Positions 32,143 to 42,107 of a stretch of DNA of 64,000 nucleotides are shown here, piece by piece. Under the pieces are notes generated by a model. That model did not search any database, was not told the DNA's origin, and saw nothing but the letters and a program-made list of their open reading frames with translations. The stretch spans positions 166,943 to 230,942 of the forward strand of contig CAWAEN010000015.1 in assembly GCA_963781035.1 (NCBI GenBank), in the 5' to 3' direction. Within the stretch, counting starts at the first letter, position 1, and each line of letters begins with the position of its first letter. Position numbers and translations under genes: made by a program. This DNA is from an uncultured Acidimicrobiia bacterium (GTDB lineage: Bacteria; Actinomycetota; Acidimicrobiia; Acidimicrobiales; SZUA-35).

Positions 32143-32736
32143 TCAGGGAGTGATGACCCCGTCGGTGCCGGCCATGACGATCAAGTGGGCACCCTGGGTG
32201 TCGCTGATCGGCGAGGTCGCCGGATCGAAGGGCTTCAAGACCGCGGCGGGGTCGACTCCGAAGATCTCGGCGACCGCTCGTGCATCGGACTCGTAACCCT
32301 CCACGTACAGGATCACCGACGGTCCGGGCGTGTCGGCGTTCTTGGGTGACGCCGCGTCGTAGCCGGCGGTGGAGAGCCGATCCTGGGTCCGCCCGGCGAC
32401 ACCGGACTGGATCGGGCTGGTGCCGTTGAGGGCCAGCGTGAGCACGTCGGCCGGATTCCGCTGGGCGCCCAAGGTGTCGTCGGTGCGGTGTCCTCGACCG
32501 GCTGGGTCGTGACGGTGTCGTTGATCGTCGTGTCGGTCGAGTCTCCGCCTTCGTCGAGCCGGCACCGTCGTGGTGGTCTCACCGTCAGCCGCCTCACTGT
32601 TGTCGCCGATCACCTCGAACCATCAGGAAGAGGCCGAGAAGGACGGCGCCGACGATGACGGCGATACCTCGAGCGGCGTTGACGCCTGCCGACCGCCCGA
32701 ACCCCTCACCGGAGTCATGTGCGCCTGCGGTCATGT
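32143..32736 (-). pseudogene. LytR_C (LytR cell-envelope-related C-terminal) domain membrane protein, frame-disrupted
   Basis: N-terminal TM (ATG 32736: MTAGAHDSG...GIAVIVGAVLLGLFLMV), an acidic Thr-rich linker and the LytR_C domain (LTLALNGTSPIQSGVAGRTQDRL...VILYVEG) lie in three frames. Frames switch near 32614, 32555 and 32470. Confidence 0.65.
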
Positions 32737-32879
32737 CGTCTCCTGGATGTTTCTCGTGCGGGGAACCGGTCTGGATCGGTGGCCGATCCTCGACCAGCGC
32801 CTGACCGTTTTAGCACGACAGCGCCCCACCCCCACTGACAGGCGTCCAGGCCGACCGTGCCAGCTACCATCGTGTTCCT

Positions 32880-32953
32880 GCCCGAATAGCTCAGTTGGCC
32901 AGAGCGCTGCTCTTGTAAAGCAGATGTCGTGGGTTCGAATCCCACTTCGGGCT
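32880..32953 (+). tRNA. tRNA-Thr (anticodon TGT)
   Basis: Manual cloverleaf: acceptor GCCCGAA/TTCGGGC, D-arm GCTC..GAGC, anticodon stem CTGCT/AGCAG with loop CTTGTAA, T-arm GTGGG-TTCGAAT-CCCAC. No encoded CCA. Confidence 0.9.
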
Positions 32954-32973
32954 CGTCCGTTCGATTTCGACCG

Positions 32974-34008
32974 TCAGCCGGTGAGATCGGCGTAGGCCGT
33001 TACATCGTCGAAGAACACCTCGACGATCATCGTGAGATCGGACTGATCTCGCCGACCCGACCGTCCAGCACACATTGCCCTCGACCGATCCGTCGGGGAA
33101 CAGTTCGGCGAAGGTGTCCAGTGCGTCGGGAATGACACCGCACGACGGGTCGAACGTGGCCAGGACGACACCGGAAGGTCCGACCGCCTTGAATGTGAGT
33201 TCGAACAAGGAGGCCGGAGCGGGTCCGGAGACGTACGTGACACGAAGCGGCGCACCCATGAACCGAGCGTCGGCGGGCGGAGGTTCGTTGAACTGGTTCT
33301 CCTCGGCCACTGCATCGGTGAGGTCGCGCAGCGGTTCGAGCACCTCGATGTTCCACAGGCGCAGTTCGCCGGACTCGAAGTCCTCGTACTCGACCACGAT
33401 CGTTTCGCCGACGGCATAGGGATCATCGACCGACCCCTTGCCGGCAACGGCCTCGAGCGGTCGGTGGTGTCGGCGGTGTCGGTGGTGTCGCCCTCCTCGC
33501 CGGTGTCAGGGGTCGTGGTGACAGTCGGATCCTCCTCGTCGTCGATCTGGGTCTGGAAGACGGTGGTCGCCGGGCCGGCCTCGTCATCATCCGAGGCGAG
33601 CGAGAACCACGCACCGGCCCCCACCGCACCGAGCCCGAGCAGAACTGCCGCCACGACCAGGATCGCCTTGCCACGGCCACCCGAGGACGATGGGGCACCC
33701 GAGGACGATGGGGCACCCGAGGACGACTGACTTCCCGAGAGGTACGGATCGGCTCCGACACTGCCCGATCCAGGAGGCGGTGCAGAGTAGATCGTCTCCC
33801 GTTCGCCCACCGGTGGCGCGCCGAACGTGTCGATGGGCGGCGGCGCAGACGGCATACCTGGCGGTGGCGGTGGTGCCACCATCGAGGTCGCGACCGCCGG
33901 CCCGGGGCCGTGCCCATCCGGCCACCATCGATCGTCGGAGCCGAAGTACCAGCCCTCGGGAGTCGGCAGCGGGTACTCGTTTCCGTCCCAAGCGATGTAT
34001 GTGGTCAT
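32974..34008 (-). pseudogene. Pro/Ser-rich single-pass membrane protein with a DUF4352-like C-terminal domain, frame-disrupted
   Basis: N-part (MTTYIAWDGNEYP...WWPDGHGP, SSSGAP repeats, TM ILVVAAVLLGLGAVGAGAW) lies in frame 32974..34008. The beta-rich domain (VVEYEDFESGELRLWNIEV...GNVCWTV) lies in frame 32891..33397. The tail (LTMIVEVFFDD) returns to the first frame. Frames switch near 33460 and 33040. Confidence 0.55.
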
Positions 34009-35072
34009 GATCCCTCCGTGTGGTCTGCCCGCCGCCGCACCACCTCGAACATGGCGATGGCACCGGCCATGGCGACATTGAGACTATTCAATTGACCGAG
34101 CATGGGTATCGATGCGCGGACAGAAACTCGTTCACGCACGAGTCGACTGAGGCCCCGCCCCTCGGCGCCCAGCACCAAAGCCACCGGTTGATCCGAAGCC
34201 AGTGGCAGATCGAAGATCGAGGTTTCGCCGTCCATGTCGAGGCCGACGGTGAGCACGCCGAGGTCGTTCAGTTCCTTGACCGCCGTGGGAATGCCACCGA
34301 CCACGGCCATCGACAGATGCTCGACCGCTCCGGCCGCGGTCTTCGTGACCGTCGGCGACACGTGCACCGCTCGATGCCTGGCCAGGACAACACCGGTGAC
34401 CCCGGCGCACTCGGCCGTCCGCAGAAGCGCTCCCAGGTTGCCCGGGTCGGTGACCCCGTCGACCACGACGAGGTGCGCGTTCTTCACGCCGGCGAGCTGT
34501 TCGAGAGTTCGCTCGGGGAGCGGATCGGCTCTCGCCATCACACCCTGATGGGACTCCGTGGCTGCCTCGGACTCGAACCGGCGCCGGGGGACCGAGCGGA
34601 GCGGGATCTTCATCTCGAACGACAGCTCGCTGATGTCGTCGAGGATGTCGGCCTGATCGAGATCCTCGATCATCACGATCTCGCGCACTCGTCTGGTTCC
34701 GGCGAGAAGCAGTTCTCGCACCGCCTGGCGACCCTCGACATGATCGCCGCCGAGGCCTCGTTGGGCCGGCGAGCGCTTGGCCCGAACTCCCGGAGACTTG
34801 CCTCGGCGCGAGGGAGGTCCACCGGCGCGCGGACCACCGGACGTCGCACTTCCCGCACGCCCACCGCCAGATCTCGACCCGCCGGACCTCGAGCCGCCGG
34901 ACTTCGAGCCGCCGGACTTCGAGCCGCCGGACCTCGAGCCACCGGACCTCGAGCCGCCGGACTTCGAGCCGCCGGACTTCGAGCCGCCGGACTTCGACCC
35001 ACCGCGAGCCGGGATCGAGTCTCGACGCCCGCCCCCCGCCTTGCCGCCACCGCTCTTGCGTTGCCCGCTCAT
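34005..35072 (-). CDS. rlmB: 23S rRNA (guanosine-2'-O-)-methyltransferase RlmB (SpoU/TrmH family) with a Gly/Ser/Lys-Arg repeat N-terminus
   Basis: EGRQAVRELL...VVDGVTDPGNLGALLRTAECAGV...LVLGAEGRGLS...IPMLGQLNSLNVAMAG. ATG at 35072 (MSGQRKSGGG). Its stop overlaps the downstream start. Confidence 0.85.
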   Translation of the reverse strand: MSGQRKSGGGKAGGGRRDSIPARGGSKSGGSKSGGSKSGGSRSGGSRSGGSKSGGSKSGGSRSGGSRSGGGRAGSATSGGPRAGGPPSRRGKSPGVRAKRSPAQRGLGGDHVEGRQAVRELLLAGTRRVREIVMIEDLDQADILDDISELSFEMKIPLRSVPRRRFESEAATESHQGVMARADPLPERTLEQLAGVKNAHLVVVDGVTDPGNLGALLRTAECAGVTGVVLARHRAVHVSPTVTKTAAGAVEHLSMAVVGGIPTAVKELNDLGVLTVGLDMDGETSIFDLPLASDQPVALVLGAEGRGLSRLVRERVSVRASIPMLGQLNSLNVAMAGAIAMFEVVRRRADHTEGS

Positions 35073-35077
35073 TCGAC

Positions 35078-35575
35078 TCACTCCGCTTTCATCGCGTCTG
35101 ATCTGGTCACCAGTGCCACAGCATGACACTGCACGCCACCCTGGAGACCGGCCACACCTTCGGTTCGTTTGCCTTTCACCGCGACCGGACCACCGACAAC
35201 GGCGCTCAGGCGTTGCTCGATCTCGGTCTTGTGCGGCGCCAGCTTCGGCGCGTCGAGCACGACAGTGCAGTCGACGTTCACGACCGCCCACCCGGCAGCC
35301 CAGACCTGCGCCATGGCCCGATGCAGTAGGTCGACGCTGTCAGCGCCGGCGTTCGCTGGATCATTGTCGCTGAAGATCTGGCCGATGTCGGGACAACCGG
35401 CGGCGGCCAGAAGGGCATCGGTGCAGGCGTGAGCGATCGGATCGGCGTCGCTGTGACCGACCAGCCCGGCACTGTCCGGGAACACCGTCCCGCCGAGAAC
35501 CAGCCGTCGATCGGGATCATCGGACCAAGGATGGACGTCGAATCCATGGCCGATACGGAACGACGGAGCGGTCAT
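35078..35575 (-). CDS. ispF: 2-C-methyl-D-erythritol 2,4-cyclodiphosphate synthase
   Basis: RIGHGFDVHPW...GHSDADPIAHACTDALL. Confidence 0.95.
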   Translation of the reverse strand: MTAPSFRIGHGFDVHPWSDDPDRRLVLGGTVFPDSAGLVGHSDADPIAHACTDALLAAAGCPDIGQIFSDNDPANAGADSVDLLHRAMAQVWAAGWAVVNVDCTVVLDAPKLAPHKTEIEQRLSAVVGGPVAVKGKRTEGVAGLQGGVQCHAVALVTRSDAMKAE

Positions 35576-36219
35576 GCCCCGGCTCCGTCAACTGCGTTGG
35601 CCCGTGACAGGAACGCTTCGGCGACGACGAGGTCATCGACGGATGTGATCTTGAGGTTCGAGGTCTCGCCGTCGACATGCAGCACGTGATGACCGAGCTC
35701 ATCGACCAGGGACGCGTCGTCGGTGGCATCGTCACCACCGGCGTGGGCTCGACACAGAATGTCGCGATCGAAACCCTGCGGCGTCTGCACCGCCACCAGT
35801 TCGGTCCGATCGACCGCACCACCGGTGATCTTCCGCAGTGTGTCGGTCACGGGCACCACCGGGATGACGGCAGCTGCGTGATCCAGCCCGGCGATCACCC
35901 GCCGTACGAGGCCAACCGACGCAAGCGGTCGAGCACCATCGTGCACGAGCACGTGCGACGCAGTGGCCGGGACGGCGGCGAGTCCGGCCCGGACCGAATC
36001 TGATCGCGTGTGTCCACCGCTGACGATCACATCGCCGGGAAGAGACGCCCGATCGACGACCGTGTCTGGTACGACGACCACCACACCGTCGACGCCGCCG
36101 TCCTTCAGCGCAGCCACGGCCCAGTCCAGCACCCGACGACCGGCAAGCGGCTCGAGCTGCTTGAGGGCCCCGAATCGACGTCCGGAGCCACCGGCGACGA
36201 CGATTCCCCAGACACCCAT
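35572..36219 (-). CDS. ispD: 2-C-methyl-D-erythritol 4-phosphate cytidylyltransferase
   Basis: VVAGGSGRRFG..KQ...VLVHDGARP. ATG at 36219. 4-nt overlap with ispF. Confidence 0.9.
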   Translation of the reverse strand: MGVWGIVVAGGSGRRFGALKQLEPLAGRRVLDWAVAALKDGGVDGVVVVVPDTVVDRASLPGDVIVSGGHTRSDSVRAGLAAVPATASHVLVHDGARPLASVGLVRRVIAGLDHAAAVIPVVPVTDTLRKITGGAVDRTELVAVQTPQGFDRDILCRAHAGGDDATDDASLVDELGHHVLHVDGETSNLKITSVDDLVVAEAFLSRANAVDGAGA

Positions 36220-36313
36220 GAGCGCCGACGATAGCTCCAACCGCGTCCGAGAGGTCTTCCGGCAAGCAATGCGACGAGGGACGCGAACCACGATCCGACC
36301 GACTGTCGAACCA

Positions 36314-36329
36314 TGTGACAAATAGCACT
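36314..36329. promoter_or_regulatory. candidate CRP/GlxR-type site TGTGA-CAAATA-GCACT
   Basis: 8 of 10 matches to the half-sites of TGTGA-N6-TCACA. Lies in the ispD/crp divergent region, 22 nt before the crp ATG. Confidence 0.3.
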
Positions 36330-36350
36330 CCGGGTGAGTACGGTGGCCCG

Positions 36351-37010
36351 ATGGTTGATCCCGAGTTGCTCCGCACAGTCGAGCTCTTCGCAGACTTCAG
36401 CGACGACGAACTCGCGAGGCTTGCCAGGGACTGCGCCACGATGGAACTCCAGCGGGGTGACGTACTCTTCGCCGAAGGCGACCAGCCGGATCAGCTCTAC
36501 GTCACGCTCAGCGGCCGCATCGCGATGGTCAACCGATCCGTCGACGGTCGCGAATCAGTCGTTGCCCTGATGGAAGACGGCGACCTCTTCGGTGAGATGC
36601 CCTTGTTCGACTCGCAGAAGCGGTCCACCGACGCCCGTGCCCTGGAACCGTCCACGGCGATCTCGATTCCCTACGGCCCACTTCGGTCGATCTACGAGAC
36701 CAATCCGACGCAGCTGTGGAGGGTCGTGGCGCTGCTGGCCAAACGGCTGCGGGCGATGGACGGCGTGCTCGCCGACTCGGTCTTCCTCGACGTCACCGGG
36801 CGAACGGCCAAACGACTGCTCGAGATCGCCGGCGATCACGACGAGTTCGCCCTCCCCGTCACACAGGAGGAGCTGGCCGGCATGGTCGGAGCCAGTCGCG
36901 AACGAGTGAACAAGGCGATCGCCAGTTTCATCCGTCTCGGCTGGCTCGAGCAGCGAGATCGGCGCTACGTCATCGTCAAGCGGGATCAGCTGGAGTTGCG
37001 GTCCCGCTGA
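36351..37010 (+). CDS. crp: Crp/Fnr-family cNMP-binding transcriptional regulator
   Basis: cNMP domain (LFGEMPLFD...RSTDARA) and HTH (TQEELAGMVGASRERVNKAIASF). ATG at 36351 of ORF 36315..37010. Confidence 0.85.
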   Translation: MVDPELLRTVELFADFSDDELARLARDCATMELQRGDVLFAEGDQPDQLYVTLSGRIAMVNRSVDGRESVVALMEDGDLFGEMPLFDSQKRSTDARALEPSTAISIPYGPLRSIYETNPTQLWRVVALLAKRLRAMDGVLADSVFLDVTGRTAKRLLEIAGDHDEFALPVTQEELAGMVGASRERVNKAIASFIRLGWLEQRDRRYVIVKRDQLELRSR

Positions 37011-38114
37011 TCAGAATCGGCGAACCGACCCGCTCTTGCGGCGGGCGGCCGACGCCGCGCTCGAGATGGCGAGGTGCAGCTCTGCGGCGCGGCGCTCGCT
37101 CATTCCCTCGACCAGCTGGAGTTCATCCGGCGTTGCCGCCAGCAAGACGTCGAGAGTGCCGAAGTGCTCGACGAGGTTCTCCATGACGGCACCGGACAGT
37201 CGCGGTACCCGTGTGAGCAGACCGAGCCCTCGCGGGTTCAGTGATGCATTGAGATCGGTGCCGGCCGATGCCAGGTGCAGGGTCTTGGCCATGATCTCTT
37301 CGTTGAAGAGGGCATCATCATCGAGCGCAGAAAGGGCCGTCATGGCCTCCTCCACACGGAACGTGGTGTCGTCCTGGAAGTAGTCGCGGATGAGCAGTCG
37401 CCGATCGTCGGCAACACCGCCCATCAACTCGTTCAGCTGGAGCCGAACGAGGCGACCGTCAGAACCGAGCTCCAGGAGGTTTCGTTCGATCTCCGACGCG
37501 ATCCGAACTGTCATCTCGGCCCGCTGCAGCACCTCCACCACGTCCTTGAGCGCCACGAGGTTGTTGATTTCGAGGGCGGCGAGGGTGTGGGTGACCTGAT
37601 CGAGACGATTGCGGTACCGCTCCAGCGTCTGCAGCGCCTGGTTCGAGCGCTCGAGTAGCCGACTCACCGGCTCGAGGGAGTGTCGTTGGTCTCCGACGTA
37701 GGCCTGGATCTCCTTGCGTGACTGCGACACCGCAATCACGGGCACGTGCAGGCTGCGGGCCACTCGCTCGGCGGTGCGATGCCTCGTGCCCGTCTCGGCC
37801 GTTGGCACGTTGGGATTCGGGACGAGGTGGACATTGGCTCGGGCGATCCGGCTGCCATCGGATGCAAGGATGATGGCCCCGTCCATCTTCGCCAGCTCCG
37901 ACAGGCGTTGTGGCGTGAACGCCGCGTCGAGCAGGAAGCCCCCGGAGCAGATGTTCAGCACGTCTGGGCCGTCTCCGAAGACGATCAAGCCACCGCGTCC
38001 GGATTGGAGGACCCGGTCCAAGCCTTCGCGCAGGGGCGTACCAGGCGCCACCTGAGTGAGCGCACGCGCCATCGCGCCATCGAGGTCGAACTCCATCGCA
38101 GCATCGTAGTTCAT
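37011..38114 (-). CDS. disA: DNA integrity scanning protein DisA (diadenylate cyclase)
   Basis: GGLIVFGDG...DGAIILASDGSRIARANVHL...GTRHRTAERVA, with a C-terminal HhH region. Confidence 0.93.
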   Translation of the reverse strand: MNYDAAMEFDLDGAMARALTQVAPGTPLREGLDRVLQSGRGGLIVFGDGPDVLNICSGGFLLDAAFTPQRLSELAKMDGAIILASDGSRIARANVHLVPNPNVPTAETGTRHRTAERVARSLHVPVIAVSQSRKEIQAYVGDQRHSLEPVSRLLERSNQALQTLERYRNRLDQVTHTLAALEINNLVALKDVVEVLQRAEMTVRIASEIERNLLELGSDGRLVRLQLNELMGGVADDRRLLIRDYFQDDTTFRVEEAMTALSALDDDALFNEEIMAKTLHLASAGTDLNASLNPRGLGLLTRVPRLSGAVMENLVEHFGTLDVLLAATPDELQLVEGMSERRAAELHLAISSAASAARRKSGSVRRF

Positions 38115-38129
38115 CTCTTCGTGTTGGCG

Positions 38130-39498
38130 TCAGAAGGGTGAGCCGACCGGTGCGGGGAGTTCGGCGACGGCGTCGGCGATCGTTCCGACCCTGATGAGGC
38201 GCATGCCGGTGGGGCCCTCGGCCGCCGAGGTCGGCACGATGGCTTCCCGGAAGCCGAGCCGGTGGGCCTCCGCCAGGCGACGCTCCATCTGGGGCACCGA
38301 TCGAACCTCACCGGAGAGTCCCAGCTCACCGCAGGCAACGAGCCCAGCTGGGAAGGGACGATCAGCAATGGCCGAAACCACGGCAAGAGCGATCCCGAGA
38401 TCGGCCCCTGGTTCGACGACCGATGCACCACCGGCAACGGAGGTGAACACCTGCTGCCCGAAGGTCGACACCCCCGCACGTTGCTCGAGGACGGCACACA
38501 CCAACTTCACCCTGCTGACGCTCAATCCCTCGGTCTGCACTGCGGCCGGACGCTCGCCGTGAGGCGAGGCCAGGGCCTGGACCTCGACCAGGACGGGTCG
38601 GTGACCATCGAGGGCCGGCACGACGATCGACCCGGCGGTGTCCAGACGACGATCGGCCAGAAAGCGGCCGCTCGGGTCGGCGATCGCTTCGAGTCCCAGC
38701 CCCGTCATCTCGAACAGCCCGACATCGGTTGTCGGCCCGAAACGATGCTTCACCGCTCGCAGGAAACGAATGTCGTGGTGCCGATCGCCGGTGAACGACA
38801 GCACGGTGTCGACGACGTGTTCGAGCAAACGGGGGCCCAGCCAGTGCACCGTCCTTCGTGACGTGCCCGATGATGATCAGCGAGGTGTCGGTGGACTTGG
38901 CCACGGCGACGAGACGCGCCGCTGCTTCTCGCACTTGGGTGACCGATCCCGGCGACGCATCCAGTGCGGCGACACGGAGCGTCTGTATCGAATCGATCAC
39001 GGCCACTGCCGGACGTTCCTCGGCGAGCGTCGAGACGATGGTCTCCACGGTGGTGTCGTCGAGCACCATCAGCGACGGCGGAACCGAACCGAGCCGAGCG
39101 GCACGGGCGGCCACCTGCGACGGTGCCTCCTCACCGGTGACGAGCAGGACGCCGGCGCCGGTCGATGCCACCGAACATGCGATCTGCAGCGTGAGAGTCG
39201 ACTTGCCGACACCCGGTTCACCACTCAACAACGTGACCGAGCCGGCCACGAGACCGCCGCCGAGGACACGATCGACCTCGACGAGACCGACCGGGTTCGG
39301 AACCGAGGTCGAACCGTCGAATCCGGCGAGAGGATCAACGGCCCGCGCCGCCATCGTCGATCGTGGCCGGGCCTGCATGACCTCCTCGATCGTCGCCCAC
39401 CCCTCGCAGGAGGTGCACTGTCCGATCCATGCCGGTGTCTCGGCACCGCACGATCGACATACGAAGATCCGTCGTTGTCTTGCCATGCGATGGATCAT
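38130..39498 (-). pseudogene. radA: DNA repair protein RadA/Sms, frame-disrupted
   Basis: Zn-ribbon plus Walker A (FVCRSCGAETPAWIGQC, LLSGEPGVGKSTL) lie in frame 38362..39498. The Lon-like C-terminus (KHRFGPT...GEVRSV) lies in frame 38130..38849. Frames switch near 38840. Confidence 0.9.
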
Positions 39499-39527
39499 GA
39501 CAACAGGCTGTGACAGCCTCCTCGGCC

Positions 39528-40451
39528 TCAGCCGCCGTTGACGGCGTCGATCACCGGGGCGAAGTCATCGAGTGATCGCACGACGAAGTAGCGAGATGCC
39601 CCAACGCAGGCGGCAACGCTCGATCTTCTCGGCGATCTCATCGACCGTACCGATCAGGACGTAGGGGATCTCTGCAACGTCATCGCGAGTGAGCCCATCG
39701 ACGCGTCCGCACAGCTCGGCGATCGACGACTCGGCATCGTCGGTGATGTCGACCACCTGCACGAGGGCGTTGAGTTCCAGCTCGGGAAAACGCTCACCGG
39801 CTCCGGCCCGGACTTGCTCGAGCTGGCCATCGAGATGTGCGCGTCGTCCACGTCACCGTGTGGCGGTGGCCGTCCTCGAGGGTTCGACCCAGGCCCTGCA
39901 GCCCGATGATGTCTGCGTGGGCGCCGGCGTGACCGAGAAGCGCACGGCCATTGCCTCCGACCAGGATCGGGCAGCCGCTCCTGCACCGAGCGGTCGATCC
40001 TGGCGCCTCTGATGCGATGCTGCGGGCCGTCGTGATCAACCGTCTGCCCGTCGAGCAGCGCCCGAAGGATCTCGACCTGTTCGGCCAATTGCGACTTGCG
40101 ATCCGCCGCCGAAAGACGCTCGACCCCGGTCTCGTCGTACTCATGAGGCGTGTGGCCGGCTCCCAGCCCGAGCTCGAATCTGCCGTTCGACAGGTGGTCG
40201 AGCGTGGACGCTTCCCAGGCCAACTGAACGGGGTTCCTCATCGTGACGTTGAGCACGAAGGTGCCGAGCCGGATGCTCGACGTTCGCTCGGCGGCAGCGG
40301 CCAACACCGGGAGCGGAGCCGGTCCCGGCCCGACGTGGTCGGATACGCAGAACACATCGAATCCGGCAGTTTCGGCCCTCTCGGCCACATCCTGCGGGTC
40401 GAGGCCGTCCTGGCGGGCGTACTGGCACCCGAACCGCACTCGTGTCGTCAC
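39528..40451 (-). pseudogene. LLM-class F420-dependent oxidoreductase, frame-disrupted
   Basis: Pieces in three or more frames: VRFGCQY...GFDVFCVSDH...GRFELGLGAGHTPHEY; PILVGGNGRALLGHAGAHADIIG; LELNALVQVVDITDD...; tail YFVVRSLDDFAPVIDAVNGG. Frames switch near 39970, 39845, 39835 and 39590. The GTG start at 40451 overlaps the upstream TGA. Confidence 0.7.
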
Positions 40452-41953
40452 TCCGCTGGAGTCGACACGTCGAAGCTGCGAAGGATGGCGTGACCGTTCG
40501 ACTCCTCCACGGTGGCGCCCGGAGCGAACCAGGCCGTCTGGTATCCGTATTCCCGGGCCGCGTCGAGGTTGGCGAGGTCGTCGTCGACGACCATGATCAG
40601 GCTCGGTGGTTGACCCGTGACTCGGCGAAGCACCTCGTAGATGGGGCGGTCGGGCTTGCGCACGCCCACGGCGCCGCTCATCACCCACGGGTCGATGAGC
40701 CCGCCGAGACTGTGCTTGGTCTTCAGCTTGTTGGCCCACGAGGTGGCGTCGTTCGTGACGCAGGCGACCTGTACGCCCTGGTCGCGTAACGTTCGGAGGA
40801 ACTTGATCACCCCCGGGTTCAACTGAAATCGGCTGAGATAGGCATCGTCGAGCTCGTTCGGCTCACCCTCGATGCCGATGGCGCGCCAGAAGTCGGCCGT
40901 GGTCATCCGCCCCAGGCTGAGGGCACGCGACCGGGCCACGATCTCGTCCTCGGTCACCATCGACCCCATTTCGCGAACGAAGGGCACCAGGATGTCGTGG
41001 ATGTCGTTCCCCTCGCGGTAGACGACGCCCATCCCGTCGAGGGCAACCACCACCGGCGTGGTCGACACCTCGTCGGTGTCGATGTTCGATTTCGCGGCAG
41101 GGATGACCGGGGCCCCCCGTTTCTTCGGCTTCGGCTTCGGCTTCGGCTGCGAGGTCGTGCTCGGCTTCTTCTTGCGCCGATTCTGGGGGCGGACCAGGCG
41201 AAGGGCCTGACCCAACAACACCAGACCGGCGAGGACGGCAGCCAGGATCGCGACACCGCGCCACACGAGCGCAGTCACCGTTCGGGTCGATGATGCAATG
41301 GAGACCGTCGTCGCGCTCGTGTCGGCGAGCGTCGTCTCCCAGACCCGCACCGTGGTGTCGTCGCCGGCAAGGGCCTCACCCGTCGACTGATCGACGAGGA
41401 TCGGGTCACCCGGAAGCTCTATCTCGAGGCGGACACGCACATCCGATGCCGTCGCTCCGTAGCGAGTGGCCAGATCCTCGATCGACCTGCCGAGCGCTGC
41501 CACCAGCTCGGAATCGCCGAACGGCTCGAGACCGGCCGGGTTGATCGAGCCGTCGATCGAGTAGTCGACCCGGGCAAACCCCTTTGTCCGTTCGAGCCGG
41601 AAATCCCCGAAGAGATCAGCCTCGCCGGAGATCTCGCGCATGATCGCGTCGAGTTGTTCCGGGGTCCCGAAGGCCTTCGTCGCCGACAGCTGGAGACCGC
41701 CGTTGTCGAGGCGCTGTGGCGCATCGGTCTGCCAACCCGCGTCGTCGAGGTCACCGAGCGCGAGGCCGACCGTGCCGAGGTCGATGATGGCGCTGCTGGC
41801 CGCTCCGTCGAGCACGACCTCGGTGCGGACAAGACCCGAACCATCCTCCTCGACAGTGACGTCGACCAGGACCGACGAGTCACACCCGACCAGGAAGAGG
41901 AGGGCCGCGACGACCGACAACCGTCGAAGAATGGTCGAAAAGGCCCGAAGCAC
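40448..41953 (-). CDS. fusion protein: lipobox signal + LppM/DUF3153-like extracytoplasmic domain + TM + Lys/Pro linker + cytoplasmic HAD-family hydrolase
   Basis: AALLFLVGCDS lipobox. TM helix VAILAAVLAGLVLLG. Linker RRKKKPSTTSQPKPKPKPKKRG. HAD motifs ALDGMGVVY (motif I-like) and VVDDDLANLDAA. Confidence 0.7.
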   Translation of the reverse strand: MLRAFSTILRRLSVVAALLFLVGCDSSVLVDVTVEEDGSGLVRTEVVLDGAASSAIIDLGTVGLALGDLDDAGWQTDAPQRLDNGGLQLSATKAFGTPEQLDAIMREISGEADLFGDFRLERTKGFARVDYSIDGSINPAGLEPFGDSELVAALGRSIEDLATRYGATASDVRVRLEIELPGDPILVDQSTGEALAGDDTTVRVWETTLADTSATTVSIASSTRTVTALVWRGVAILAAVLAGLVLLGQALRLVRPQNRRKKKPSTTSQPKPKPKPKKRGAPVIPAAKSNIDTDEVSTTPVVVALDGMGVVYREGNDIHDILVPFVREMGSMVTEDEIVARSRALSLGRMTTADFWRAIGIEGEPNELDDAYLSRFQLNPGVIKFLRTLRDQGVQVACVTNDATSWANKLKTKHSLGGLIDPWVMSGAVGVRKPDRPIYEVLRRVTGQPPSLIMVVDDDLANLDAAREYGYQTAWFAPGATVEESNGHAILRSFDVSTPAE

Positions 41954-42107
41954 CGCCCCAAGCTAGTGGAACGGTGCTTCGGTGGAGTTCACACTTCACG
42001 GTTCTGCGAGTTGCGAGCGTCAGCGTTCACACTCGACACGAACGCGAGTTGAGAGCGTCAGCGAGCAACTGAGGAACGGGAGGCCCCAGGGGGCCGACCG
42101 TTCACGT

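Noticed and set aside
32880-32953. tRNA-Thr genes (32880-32953 and 58675-58747) as integration sites of a mobile element
   Set aside because: No integrase, recombinase or phage-like ORF lies in either flank, and the neighbours are conserved housekeeping or envelope genes. I did not see a duplicated tRNA 3' segment nearby, although I could not search exhaustively.
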